Shown here in pieces: positions 37,960 to 47,455 of a stretch of 64,000 nucleotides of DNA (position 1 is its first letter; every line of letters begins with the position of its first letter). The DNA is from Nitrospinota bacterium (GTDB taxonomy: Bacteria; Nitrospinota_A; UBA7883; JADGGD01). The notes under the pieces were generated by a model. It saw only the letters and a list, made by a program, of their open reading frames with translations, did not search any database and was not told where the DNA came from. Made by a program: the position numbers and the translations under genes. The DNA lies in assembly GCA_942491805.1 (NCBI GenBank), contig CALOCG010000026.1:24138-88137 (forward strand), written 5' to 3'.

Positions 37960-39564
37960 CTATCGGGAACGGGCCGTTTTTTTCTTTTTCTTGGCGACCT
38001 TCCGGGGGCTTTCCCCTTCATGACGCTTGTTGATGGCCGAGAGCCACGCTTTCGCCGAAGCTTCCACCACATCGGTGGAGACCCCTTTGCCGGCGAAGAG
38101 CTGATCGCCCAAGGCCACCCGGACCGTCGCTTCGCCCATGGCGTCTTTGCCGACGGTGACCGAACGGATATTGTACGACACCAGCCGCCCGGCGATACCG
38201 GTGATCCGTTCGATGGCTTTAAACGTGGCGTCGACCGGCCCGTCGCCGGTGGCCGAATCGGTATGTTGCTTCCCGTCGATGGCGAGGGTGACGGTAGCCG
38301 TCGGCGTGGCGCCGGCGCCCGACATCGTCTGGGCCACGGTCAAGTCCCAGCGGGGCTCGGCGCTCTCCCCCAACTCTTCGTTGACGATGGCTTCGAGATC
38401 TTCGTCGAAGATCTCTTTCTTTTTATCGGCCAACGCCTTAAAGGCGTTAAACGCCTCTTCTACCGCGTCGTCGGTCAAATCAAAGCCGAGCTCTTCTAAC
38501 TTCTTGCGGAAGGCGTGGCGCCCGGAATGCTTCCCCATGACCAACGTATTTTTCTTCAACCCGATGGAGGCGGGCGACATGATCTCGAAGGTGGTCCGTT
38601 CCTTCAAGACGCCGTCCTGATGAATCCCCGATTCGTGAGCGAAGGCGTTGACCCCGACGATGGCTTTGTTCGGCTGGATCGGCACGCCGGTGACCGCCAC
38701 CAACAGACGGCTCGTTTTGGCGATCTCTTTGGTCTGGATAGCGGTATCGACTTTCAGGTAATCCTTCCGGGTCCGAATCGCCATAACGACCTCTTCCAAC
38801 GCCGCGTTCCCGGCCCGTTCGCCGATCCCGTTGACGGCGCATTCGACCTGCCGTGCGCCGGCTTCGACGGCGGCCAACGAGTTCGCCACGGCCAGCCCCA
38901 AGTCGTTGTGGCAGTGAACCGAGATAATCGCTTTGTCGATATTCGACACGTTAGCCCGGATATCACCGATCAACCGGGCGAACTCCCCGGGGATGGCATA
39001 GCCGACGGTGTCGGGAATGTTCACGGTGGTGGCCCCGGCGTCGATGGTGGCGGCGAGGATGTCGTACAAGAACGTCCGGTCGGTCCGCGACGCGTCCATG
39101 GTGGAGAACTCGACATCTTTTACGGCGGCTTTGGCCCGCGTTACGGCGTTAACCGCCATCTTCAACGCTTGCGCCTGAGATTTCTGCATCATGTCGAGAT
39201 GCTTTTGCGACGTGCCGATGAAGGTGTGAATCCGTTTCCGCTTGGCGGAGGCCAACGCCTCGGCGCAGGCGTCGATATCGGCGTCGACGGAACGGGCCAA
39301 CCCGGCGATGATCGGGCCGGTCACCTCTTTGGCGACCCGTTTCACCGAATCGAAATCGCCCACCGACGACCGGGGGAACCCGGCTTCGATGATATCGACG
39401 TTGAGCTTGGCCAGTTGATGGGCCAACGCCAGCTTCTCGTCGATGGTCATGGAGAAACCGGGCGCCTGTTCACCGTCGCGCAAGGTGGTGTCGAAAATGA
39501 ATACCTGGTCTTTTATCTTTTTCGCCGAGATCTTCTTGGCGCTGGCGGCTTTCTTTACGGTCAT
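37960..39564 (-). CDS. leuA: 2-isopropylmalate synthase (LeuA/CimA family)
   Basis: [11 protein letters not shown] and [21 protein letters not shown] motifs plus a C-terminal LeuA-dimer/regulatory domain. ATG at 39564. Both termini are unusually Lys-rich. Confidence 0.9.
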   Translation of the reverse strand: MTVKKAASAKKISAKKIKDQVFIFDTTLRDGEQAPGFSMTIDEKLALAHQLAKLNVDIIEAGFPRSSVGDFDSVKRVAKEVTGPIIAGLARSVDADIDACAEALASAKRKRIHTFIGTSQKHLDMMQKSQAQALKMAVNAVTRAKAAVKDVEFSTMDASRTDRTFLYDILAATIDAGATTVNIPDTVGYAIPGEFARLIGDIRANVSNIDKAIISVHCHNDLGLAVANSLAAVEAGARQVECAVNGIGERAGNAALEEVVMAIRTRKDYLKVDTAIQTKEIAKTSRLLVAVTGVPIQPNKAIVGVNAFAHESGIHQDGVLKERTTFEIMSPASIGLKKNTLVMGKHSGRHAFRKKLEELGFDLTDDAVEEAFNAFKALADKKKEIFDEDLEAIVNEELGESAEPRWDLTVAQTMSGAGATPTATVTLAIDGKQHTDSATGDGPVDATFKAIERITGIAGRLVSYNIRSVTVGKDAMGEATVRVALGDQLFAGKGVSTDVVEASAKAWLSAINKRHEGESPRKVAKKKKKTARSR

Positions 39565-40083
39565 GGTCGATAGTCCTTCATCTATAGGCGACGCCACCAT
39601 CGGGCGCATGGCCGGACGGGGGTCGGTTATGTGTGAAAACGGGGGTCTGTCGGTGTATTAAAGAATATATTGCGCGCGGGGCGCAAGGAGGGGGCGAAGG
39701 GTCAGATACAGGTGGGCGTTGACGCCCCATTCGCCGTTGGTCTCCATGGTCGTCTAATTATGGGGAGCGTCGGGGCGTCTGTCAAGGAGGCGACATGGAT
39801 CGCCTCGTTTGGTATTTTTGTGAGATGTAACGTAAATAGACATAACACCAACCCCACTTCATCGGAGGAGTCAAACTTCCACGTTAAAATCATTGCAATG
39901 ATTCGTTGCAATAAAGAGCGTCGTCAAAAAGATGTGCGGCGGCCTCCTCTCGCCGCGAACACTTTCCTTTCCCTCTCCCCCTCGATTGACGGCATCCCCG
40001 TTCCCCTTTAGACTTGTCGAAGCTTGCGGGGGACGCTCCCTCGTCGGCGCTGCGCCAACGCTTTTGGGACGACAGCTACTTTC

Positions 40084-40836
40084 ATGCTTACGAATATCCT
40101 CCCCCCTCTCCTGACCGCACAGGTCGAAATGACCCGAACCCACATCTCCATCACCGACATCATCTCCCATGCCGGATGGGTGGGGCTTTCGGTGCTGATG
40201 ATTCTGATACTCTTCTCGGTCATTTCGTGGGGGATCATGGTCCATAAGATTCGGCTCTTCGGTACGGTCCGCCGCGAGACCAACGAGTTCCGCGACCAGT
40301 TCTATCGTCGCGGCGTTCAATTGGAACAACTCTACAATCTGGCCAAGCGGATGAAGACCTGCCCCATGGCGCGGGTTTTTCTGGCCGGATACATCGAGCT
40401 GGCGGCCCAGTTCCGGGTGACGGCCCAAGGGGTGGAGCGGGAGGACGAGGAGCTCCTCCTCGAAAAGCTCGACTCGATCTCCCGCTCGTTGGAGCGGGCC
40501 ACCGCCATTGAGGTGACCCGTCTGGAACGGTGGCTCTTTTTCCTCGGCACCACCGGCAGCACGGCGCCGTTCATCGGGCTGTTCGGCACGGTCTGGGGGG
40601 TCATGGAGGCCTTCGCCGCCATCGGCGCCACCGGAGCGGCCAGCGTGGCGGTGGTCGCCCCCGGCATCTCGGAGGCCCTTATCGCGACGGCGGCCGGGCT
40701 TTTCGCGGCGATCCCGGCGGTTATGGGCTACAACTACTTCGTCCACCGGGTCAAAACCGCCGCGACCGATCTCGATAACTTCTCGCTGGACATGCTCTCT
40801 CTTATCGACCGGGTCTACCTCAAACGGTCGGCGTAA
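40084..40836 (+). CDS. tolQ: Tol-Pal system protein TolQ (MotA/TolQ/ExbB channel family)
   Basis: Three TM segments, ..GSTAPFIGLFGTVWGVM..FA motif, and it is followed by tolR-tolA-tolB-pal-cpoB. Confidence 0.9.
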   Translation: MLTNILPPLLTAQVEMTRTHISITDIISHAGWVGLSVLMILILFSVISWGIMVHKIRLFGTVRRETNEFRDQFYRRGVQLEQLYNLAKRMKTCPMARVFLAGYIELAAQFRVTAQGVEREDEELLLEKLDSISRSLERATAIEVTRLERWLFFLGTTGSTAPFIGLFGTVWGVMEAFAAIGATGAASVAVVAPGISEALIATAAGLFAAIPAVMGYNYFVHRVKTAATDLDNFSLDMLSLIDRVYLKRSA

Positions 40837-40848
40837 AGGAGGATCGAC

Positions 40849-41298
40849 ATGGGCGCAGGTCTGCAAGGGGGCGACGGGGTCGGCATCGGAAAACGGTTCC
40901 GCCGGTCGTCGCCGATGATGTCGGAGATCAACGTCACCCCCTTCGTCGATGTTATGTTGGTCTTGCTAATCATCTTCATGGTCACGGCCCCCCTCATGAA
41001 AAGCGGGGTCGACATCGACCTGCCGAAAGAGGAGACCGGCCAGTCGAAGGTGACACGCGATCTGGTCTTTACGGTCAGTAAGAACGGCGCCGTCAGCTAT
41101 CACGACGAGCTCGACCTGTCGGATAAAAAGCTGGAGGCGACCTTCCGCGATCTGGCGAGAAACCCCGGCTCGGAGATCTTCATCGAAGCCGACCGCAAAG
41201 CCGACTACGAACATGTGATGCGGGTAATGGCCATGGCCAAACGGGCGGGGATCGAACGGCTCGGCATGGTCACCGAAGTCCCGGCCCGCGGACGGTAG
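40849..41298 (+). CDS. tolR: Tol-Pal system protein TolR (ExbD family)
   Basis: SEINVTPFVDVMLVLLIIFMVTAP signature; AAGGAGG RBS. Confidence 0.9.
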   Translation: MGAGLQGGDGVGIGKRFRRSSPMMSEINVTPFVDVMLVLLIIFMVTAPLMKSGVDIDLPKEETGQSKVTRDLVFTVSKNGAVSYHDELDLSDKKLEATFRDLARNPGSEIFIEADRKADYEHVMRVMAMAKRAGIERLGMVTEVPARGR

Positions 41299-41319
41299 GG
41301 CGAAAGGAGCCGAAGGCCG

Positions 41320-42135
41320 ATGCGTCGAGCCGTCCGCACCCAACAGGTGGTCGCCCCCCGGACCCGCGACATCGACACCGGGGCGAAGTTCGCCGGATCG
41401 CTCATCCTCTCCGCTCTGGCCCACACGGTGGCCCTCTCGGCGGTGATGGTCGGCTCGTGGCTGGCCGACGACGAAAAGAGTGTCAAGGTCGGCTACAAGG
41501 TCGAGCTGATCAGTTTGAACCCTTCCAAGAAGGCAGAGCGGTCGCAACCGTTAAAACCGGCCCCGGCGCCGAAACCGGTGGCGCAACCGAACCCGACCAA
41601 GCCGCAGAAGGTCGAAGCGGCGCCAAAAATCACACCGCTCAAAAGCCAAGCTCCCAAGCCGGTGACAAAACCGAAGCCGACCAAACCGGAGAAGGTCGAA
41701 GCGGCGGAGTCGCTCACCCCCGTTCGCCCGGTGGAGCCGGCCTCCCCGATCCGCCCCCCGGTCTTGCCGACCGCCGCGCCGGTCAGCCGTCCGATCCCCA
41801 GCGCCCCCACCGGGGGCGCCGCGTCGATGGTGCAGGGGGAGGAGACCGCCTACAGCTACTACATGCAGATCGTCAACGACAAGGTGCGGCAGAACTGGAT
41901 CACCCTCGGCATCGACATCACCGGAAAACGGGCCAACCCGGTGGTCCGGTTCGACATCGACCGGGGGGGGAGCGTCCTCAACCCTCGGCTCGACAAAACC
42001 AGCGGCGCCCCGGCCCTTGACGAATCGGCGTTGGAGGCTATCAGGACCTTGGCTCTCCCGCCGCTTCCTTCCGAATACCCGACCGATTTGATGCGGATCA
42101 GGTTCACTTTCGATTACGAACAGAATCAGCGTTAG
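41320..42135 (+). CDS. tolA: TolA (proline/lysine-rich linker plus TonB_C-like domain)
   Basis: N-terminal TM, KP-rich repeats (PTKP[QE]KVEAA twice), C-terminal TolA/TonB fold; position in the tol cluster. Confidence 0.8.
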   Translation: MRRAVRTQQVVAPRTRDIDTGAKFAGSLILSALAHTVALSAVMVGSWLADDEKSVKVGYKVELISLNPSKKAERSQPLKPAPAPKPVAQPNPTKPQKVEAAPKITPLKSQAPKPVTKPKPTKPEKVEAAESLTPVRPVEPASPIRPPVLPTAAPVSRPIPSAPTGGAASMVQGEETAYSYYMQIVNDKVRQNWITLGIDITGKRANPVVRFDIDRGGSVLNPRLDKTSGAPALDESALEAIRTLALPPLPSEYPTDLMRIRFTFDYEQNQR

Positions 42136-42142
42136 GAGTCTC

Positions 42143-43492
42143 ATGCGAACCCCTTTTGTCATCGTGGCCACCCTCGCCACCCTGCTCGCCTCCCCCGTGG
42201 CGCGGGCCGCCGATCCGAACGCCATCCACGAATCGGGGATCAGCCGGAAAGAGTCGAAAGCCATTGGCGTCGCCATCCCCCCGTTCGAGACCAAAGGGGC
42301 CGACCCGCAAAAGCTCGGCGTCGCCGCCGCCCGGATCGTCGCCTTCGACCTGAAGTTCTCCGGCCATTTCGCCCCCAACGAGAACCTCGAACGAATGGCC
42401 GCCACCAGCGAAATCGATCGAAAAAACCAATCGATCGACTTTGCCGCCTGGCGTTCACTGACCCAGAACTTTCTGGTGAAGGGAACCATGGAGGCCCAGT
42501 CGCGGGGGAATCTGACCGTCTGGATCGACGTCTACAACGTGCAAAACGGCCAAAAGACGTACTCCCGCCGCTACAACGGCGCCGTGGGGCGACTGCGCGA
42601 GATGGCTCACATGTTCTCCGACGATTTCCTCAAACGGATCGTCAACGAAGAGGGGGTCGCCCGAACCAGAATCGCGTTCGTCTCGAAGGTGAAGGGGCGC
42701 AAAGAGCTTTTCATGATGGATTACGACGGGGCCGGGGTAAAACAGATCACCCACGACAATACGCTGGTTCTCTTCCCGGCGCTGAACCCGGTCTACAACC
42801 AGGTTCTCTTCACCACCTATCTCCACCGGAATCCCGACCTCTACCGGCTCGACATGGCCACCGGCGCCCGCTACCCGATCTCGCGGAAACTGGGATTGAA
42901 CTCCACCGGCGACTTCTCTCCCGACGGGAAGAAGGTGGTTTTCTCCCTTTCCTACCGGGGAAACTCGGAGATCTATGTGGCCGGGATCGACGGGTCGGGC
43001 TTGAAAAAACTGACCCGCTCCCTCTCCATCGAGACGGCGCCCTGCTGGTCACCCGATGGGCGGCATATCGCCTACACTTCCGACCGCCCCGGCGTGCCGC
43101 AGATCTACGTCATGGAGGCCAATGGCGAAAACTCCCGCCGCCTCTCCTACGAAGGGAGCTGGAACGACGCCCCGTCGTGGGCCGCCACCGGCGACTGGAT
43201 CGCCTTCTCGTCGCTTCAGGGGGGGCGGTATAATGTCGGTATGATCGACGCCCGCCGGATCGACGACGACCGGCGCCGCGAAACGATCCAACTGACCGGC
43301 GGAAGCGCGAACAGCGAAAGCCCGTCGTTCTCTCCCAACGGACGGCACATCTCCTTTATGTCGAACCGGACGGGGAAACGGCAGGTCTACTTGATGAACG
43401 TCAACGGGTCGAACATGACCCGGGTGACCAACCTTCCCGGTGGGGGATTCACCCCGGCGTGGGGAGCGCCGGAGAGCGAGCTACATCGATAA
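42143..43492 (+). CDS. tolB: Tol-Pal system beta-propeller protein TolB
   Basis: 449 aa with a signal peptide and repeated ..SPDG..I.F.S.R.G..IY.. propeller blades. Confidence 0.95.
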   Translation: MRTPFVIVATLATLLASPVARAADPNAIHESGISRKESKAIGVAIPPFETKGADPQKLGVAAARIVAFDLKFSGHFAPNENLERMAATSEIDRKNQSIDFAAWRSLTQNFLVKGTMEAQSRGNLTVWIDVYNVQNGQKTYSRRYNGAVGRLREMAHMFSDDFLKRIVNEEGVARTRIAFVSKVKGRKELFMMDYDGAGVKQITHDNTLVLFPALNPVYNQVLFTTYLHRNPDLYRLDMATGARYPISRKLGLNSTGDFSPDGKKVVFSLSYRGNSEIYVAGIDGSGLKKLTRSLSIETAPCWSPDGRHIAYTSDRPGVPQIYVMEANGENSRRLSYEGSWNDAPSWAATGDWIAFSSLQGGRYNVGMIDARRIDDDRRRETIQLTGGSANSESPSFSPNGRHISFMSNRTGKRQVYLMNVNGSNMTRVTNLPGGGFTPAWGAPESELHR

Positions 43493-43643
43493 GAAAGAGG
43501 AAGCGACGAGGTGAACTTTTGGTTAAATCGAACGTTTCTCCCTTGAAAATGCAAGGGCTTTCTGATACATTGCACCGGAATGTAGATATTTCGGCTTGCG
43601 TATTTCTACATACCACGAAACCGTAGGTCTGGAGAGGGAGCAA

Positions 43644-44174
43644 ATGATCCTGACACACAATAAGCTTTTCCGTACGTTCGTTGGCGTTATCGCGCTGGTC
43701 GGTCTCACCACTCTCGGCGCCTGCACGTCCGATGGCGCGAAAGACGCCGCGGAAGCCGGCGAAAATACCGTTGGCGAAAACACCGCCGGCGCCAACAACC
43801 CCGACGGCTCGGCGCCGATGGATCTGACCTCCGCTTCGGGGATGCTCACCGATGTCTATTTCGATTACGACAAATCGGAAATCCGCTCCGACGCCCGCGA
43901 CGCGCTGGCGAAAAACGCCGAGTGGATGTTGGCGAACAAAAACGCCCAAATCCAAATCGAAGGGCATTGCGACGAGCGGGGTACCGAGGAGTACAACTTG
44001 GCTCTCGGCGAACGCCGCGCCAATGCGGTGAAAGATTACCTCGCCTCCCTCGGAGTGGCGTCGTCACGCCTTTACACGATCTCTTACGGTGAAGAGCTGC
44101 CGGTCGACCCGGGCCACACCGAAGCGGCTTGGTCGAAAAACCGGCGCGCCCACTTCCTGGTAACCGCCCAGTAA
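43644..44174 (+). CDS. pal: peptidoglycan-associated lipoprotein Pal
   Basis: Lipobox LTTLGAC and OmpA-like domain (YFDYDKSEIR..EGHCDERGTEEYNLALGERRA). [13 protein letters not shown] before ATG 43644. Confidence 0.9.
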   Translation: MILTHNKLFRTFVGVIALVGLTTLGACTSDGAKDAAEAGENTVGENTAGANNPDGSAPMDLTSASGMLTDVYFDYDKSEIRSDARDALAKNAEWMLANKNAQIQIEGHCDERGTEEYNLALGERRANAVKDYLASLGVASSRLYTISYGEELPVDPGHTEAAWSKNRRAHFLVTAQ

Positions 44175-44197
44175 GTACTTTAGGCCGCCGCCACTGC

Positions 44198-44224
44198 GCC
44201 CCGTCTTCGGACGGGGCGTTTTTG
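44198..44224 (+). terminator. rho-independent terminator after pal
   Basis: gccccgtc-ttcg-gacggggc followed by gttttt. Confidence 0.8.
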
Positions 44225-44268
44225 CGACTATGCGTCGCAGGCGACGGGCGCGACCGGGGTACTTCGCA

Positions 44269-44302
44269 CCCCCGGTAGTAGATTTGATCTCCGTTCCGGG
44301 GG
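44269..44302. repeat. 34-bp hairpin element (cccccgg-N20-ccggggg), copy 1
   Basis: Perfect 7-bp arms. It is flanked by the direct repeat tacttcgca (44260-44268 and 44303-44311). A second copy lies at 51290..51323. Confidence 0.65.
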
Positions 44303-44415
44303 TACTTCGCATCCCTCTCGTCAACAACTTCTTCCTCCTCATCCGGTTGAATATCGGCGGGGGAACGGCTATCCTGTACGCTTCTGTTTCCCATATATAG
44401 ATAAGAGATTGTCCT

Positions 44416-45450
44416 ATGGCTTTACGTCCCGTCGCGCTTCTGACCCTTGCGCTCGTCGCCTTTGGCGGCGCCGGATGCGCTTCCATGTCGCCGCAGGAAC
44501 AGGAAGTCATGCAGGGGCAGATCGCGCGGATCGACGAGCGGGTCGCGGTCATGTCGAAAGGCGCCCGGATGCAGGCGGAGCTGACCGCCGATTTCGCCTC
44601 GTTGCGCCACTCCATCCTGACCATGACCGGACAGATCGAAGAGTTCAACGCCCGCTCGCAACGCCTCTCCGAACGGCTTGACCGGATGGAGAAGGCGTTG
44701 GCCGAGATGAGCCAGGTCTACCGAAGCGAAGTGTTGGAACGCTCGGCCGCCACCGACTTGCGGCTCGACACCCTGTCGCGGCAACTCTACGATCTCTCGT
44801 TGCAGAGTCTGGCGTTCATCGACCTGATGGAGAAGAAAAACGAGATCCCCCCCCGGACCCATCAACGAAAAGTCGACGCCATGCGGGGTGACGCGCCGAC
44901 GCGCGAGACCGCTCTCACCGGCGACGAAGACGCCGATACGTTGTACCAACGCTCCTACCAGTTCTTCCTGGCCGGTGAATACTACAAGGCCGACGAAGGG
45001 TTCTCCCGGTTTGTCAGCCGCTACGCCAACACGACCCTGGCCGACAACGCCGCCTACTGGGTCGGCGAGTCCCGCTACGCGCTGAAGCAATATGGTCCCG
45101 CCGCCGACGCGTTCGATCTGATGGCCAGCCGCTATCCCCAAAGTCCCCGCGCCGCCGCCGCCTTGGAACGAAGCGCTACGGCCCTGCTGGCTTTGGGACG
45201 GACCGCGGAGGGGATCGACCGTTTGCGGAACCTGATCGCCCTCTACCCCGACAGCGACGAAGCCGTCACCGCCGGCCAAACCCTCCGCTCTATGGGGGTC
45301 GGCGAAAGGGCGCCGAAGAAACCGACGCCGACGACGACACCGGAACCGATCTTGACCCCGGTTCCCGACATTCCGCTCGACATGCCGACCGTCGACGCGG
45401 AAGAGACGCCCGCTCCCACCGCCGACGACGTGGCGACGCCGACCAACTGA
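44416..45450 (+). CDS. cpoB: Tol-Pal system protein CpoB/YbgF (coiled-coil plus TPR)
   Basis: Signal/lipobox-like N-terminus, long coiled-coil, C-terminal TPR region (YQRSYQFFLAGEYYKA..YWVGESRYAL..); last gene of the tol-pal cluster. Confidence 0.85.
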   Translation: MALRPVALLTLALVAFGGAGCASMSPQEQEVMQGQIARIDERVAVMSKGARMQAELTADFASLRHSILTMTGQIEEFNARSQRLSERLDRMEKALAEMSQVYRSEVLERSAATDLRLDTLSRQLYDLSLQSLAFIDLMEKKNEIPPRTHQRKVDAMRGDAPTRETALTGDEDADTLYQRSYQFFLAGEYYKADEGFSRFVSRYANTTLADNAAYWVGESRYALKQYGPAADAFDLMASRYPQSPRAAAALERSATALLALGRTAEGIDRLRNLIALYPDSDEAVTAGQTLRSMGVGERAPKKPTPTTTPEPILTPVPDIPLDMPTVDAEETPAPTADDVATPTN

Positions 45451-45489
45451 TCGACTAACCTTCATCCTGCAAGAGAGTCTTACAAACGT

Positions 45490-47391
45490 ATGCTTACCTG
45501 GATTCGTGACGCCACCAACAGTCTGGCCATCAAGATTCTGTTCTTCCTGATCGCCCTCTCTTTCGTCGGCGCCTCTTTCATGCTCTGGGGCGACCTCGGG
45601 CCGGGGCGCCCCAACGTGGTCGCCGTCGTCGACGGCATCGAGATCACCAACAACCAGTACCAGCAGGCGCTCAAGCAGGTCGACGAAGCGGTGCGGGGAC
45701 AGTTCGGCGGGGAGGTTGACCCGGCGCTGATGGCCCAGTTCGGCATCGGAACCATGGCCATGGCTTCCGTCGTCGACGACGCGTTGCAGCAACGGGCCGC
45801 CGAGAAGGCGGGGATCGTCGTCACCGACGCCGAAGTGGCCGATGTCGTCATGTCGATGCCCGACTTTCAAAAAGAGGGCGCCTTCGACCAGCGCCGCTAC
45901 ACCGACCTTCTCTCGATGAACGGTCTCTCCCCCACCACCTTCGAAGCCCGTGTTCGCCAAGATATGACCGTCCGCCGCTTGCGCACCCTCATCGAGCGGA
46001 CCGCCGTGGTCACCGACGCCGAAGCCTACGCTTGGTACCAGTTTCAGAACCAGCCGATCACCGTCACCTACGCCCGGGTGGCGAGCCAGCCGTTGGCCGA
46101 CAAAATCGACCCGACCGACGAGGAGTTGACCGCATGGTACCGGTCGCACGCCGCCGATTTCGAGGTCCCGGAAAAACGGTCGTTCAGGGTTCTCACCGTC
46201 GACGCCGACGCCTACGCCGTCACCGCCCCGGTCAGCGACGCCGAGATAAAAGAATATTTCGAGTCGAACCAGTTCGCCTTCTCCGCCGAAGAGACCGTCC
46301 ACGCCCGGCATATCCTCATGCAGGTGGCCGCCGACGCCGACGAGGCGGCCGTCGCCGCCGGGAAAGCCAAGATCGACGCCGCACGCGCGCGCATCGACAA
46401 AGGGGAGTCGTTCGAGGCGGTGGCTAAAGAATTGAGCGAAGGCCCTTCGGCGCCGCAAGGGGGGGACCTGGGAAAGTTCGGGCGCGGTATGATGGTTCCC
46501 GAGTTCGAGACCGTCGCCTTTTCCACTCCGGTGGGGGTCGTCTCACCCCCGTTTCGCACCCAGTTCGGCTGGCACATCGTGAAGGTCGAAGCCCACAACG
46601 ACGCCCACACCCCCAGCTTCGACGAAGCCAAGGACGACGTGGCCAAAAAGGTCCAGGCGGCCAAAGGGCGCCTCTCGGCTAAAGAGTTCGTCCAGAGCCT
46701 CGCCGGAACCGTGACGCCGGAGAAATTCGCCGCCGTCACCGACCAGAACCCGGCCGTACGGATCAACAGCTACACCCTCACCGCAGGGCCTACCGCCAAC
46801 GGCGAGAAGATGCCCGAGGCGGCCCGGTCGGCGGTCTTCGCCCTCGCCGAGAAGCAGGTAAGCCCGGTCATCGACACCGCCGACGGCTACGCCATCGCTC
46901 TTCTCGATACTATCGAGCCTCCTCGCACCCCGCCGTTGGAGACGGTCAAAAACCTGGTCCTCGCCCGTTACAAAAACGAGAAGGGGCGCGAAGAGGCGGA
47001 GAGAATCGCCTCGGCTCTCGAAAAAGAGGTAAACGAAGGCGCCAACCTGAAAGACGCCGCCCAAGCCAAAGGGCTCCCGGTGGCTGTTACGGCGCCCTTT
47101 ACCCGGCGCGACCTCTCCGCCGGCGGCGCCACCGACGATGGGATGACGCCGGAAGCTTTCGATCTGGCCGAGTTCGAAGCCCGCACCGCACCGAGCCGGG
47201 ACGACTATCTGGTCTACACCGTTTCGTCGCGTGAGCCTCTCGACAGCGACGCTTTTGCCGACGCTCTCCCCGGTTTAAAAAAAGAGCTGCTGGCCAACAA
47301 GCAGGCTCGCGTCTACGCCGCCTACATCAAGCAGCTTCGTATCGAAGGGGAGAAGACCGGCGTCGTTAAGATTTTGCGGAAGCCTGACTGA
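45490..47391 (+). CDS. ppiD: periplasmic chaperone / peptidyl-prolyl isomerase PpiD
   Basis: 633 aa. N-terminal TM anchor (ILFFLIALSFVGASF), SurA_N-like region, parvulin domain (HARHILM..GGDLGKFGRGMMVPEFE..GWHIVKV). Confidence 0.85.
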   Translation: MLTWIRDATNSLAIKILFFLIALSFVGASFMLWGDLGPGRPNVVAVVDGIEITNNQYQQALKQVDEAVRGQFGGEVDPALMAQFGIGTMAMASVVDDALQQRAAEKAGIVVTDAEVADVVMSMPDFQKEGAFDQRRYTDLLSMNGLSPTTFEARVRQDMTVRRLRTLIERTAVVTDAEAYAWYQFQNQPITVTYARVASQPLADKIDPTDEELTAWYRSHAADFEVPEKRSFRVLTVDADAYAVTAPVSDAEIKEYFESNQFAFSAEETVHARHILMQVAADADEAAVAAGKAKIDAARARIDKGESFEAVAKELSEGPSAPQGGDLGKFGRGMMVPEFETVAFSTPVGVVSPPFRTQFGWHIVKVEAHNDAHTPSFDEAKDDVAKKVQAAKGRLSAKEFVQSLAGTVTPEKFAAVTDQNPAVRINSYTLTAGPTANGEKMPEAARSAVFALAEKQVSPVIDTADGYAIALLDTIEPPRTPPLETVKNLVLARYKNEKGREEAERIASALEKEVNEGANLKDAAQAKGLPVAVTAPFTRRDLSAGGATDDGMTPEAFDLAEFEARTAPSRDDYLVYTVSSREPLDSDAFADALPGLKKELLANKQARVYAAYIKQLRIEGEKTGVVKILRKPD

Positions 47392-47406
47392 CACCGTTCA
47401 CGACGA

Positions 47407-47439
47407 AGGCCCCTCGCCGACGCGGGGGGCCTTTTTTGT
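47407..47439 (+). terminator. rho-independent terminator after ppiD
   Basis: aggcccc-(10 nt)-ggggcct followed by tttttg. Confidence 0.7.
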
Positions 47440-47455
47440 GGAGACGTCTCAAAGG

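Noticed and set aside
39670-40011. 113-aa plus ORF and 69-aa minus ORF in the leuA-tolQ spacer
   Set aside because: No RBS, mixed composition across an AT-rich patch, and no recognisable fold signal. I treat the region as non-coding.
44422-46458. 678-aa minus-strand ORF spanning cpoB and ppiD
   Set aside because: It crosses an intergenic gap between two well-supported plus-strand genes and has an antisense-type composition (G/R/V/D-rich). I judge it non-coding.
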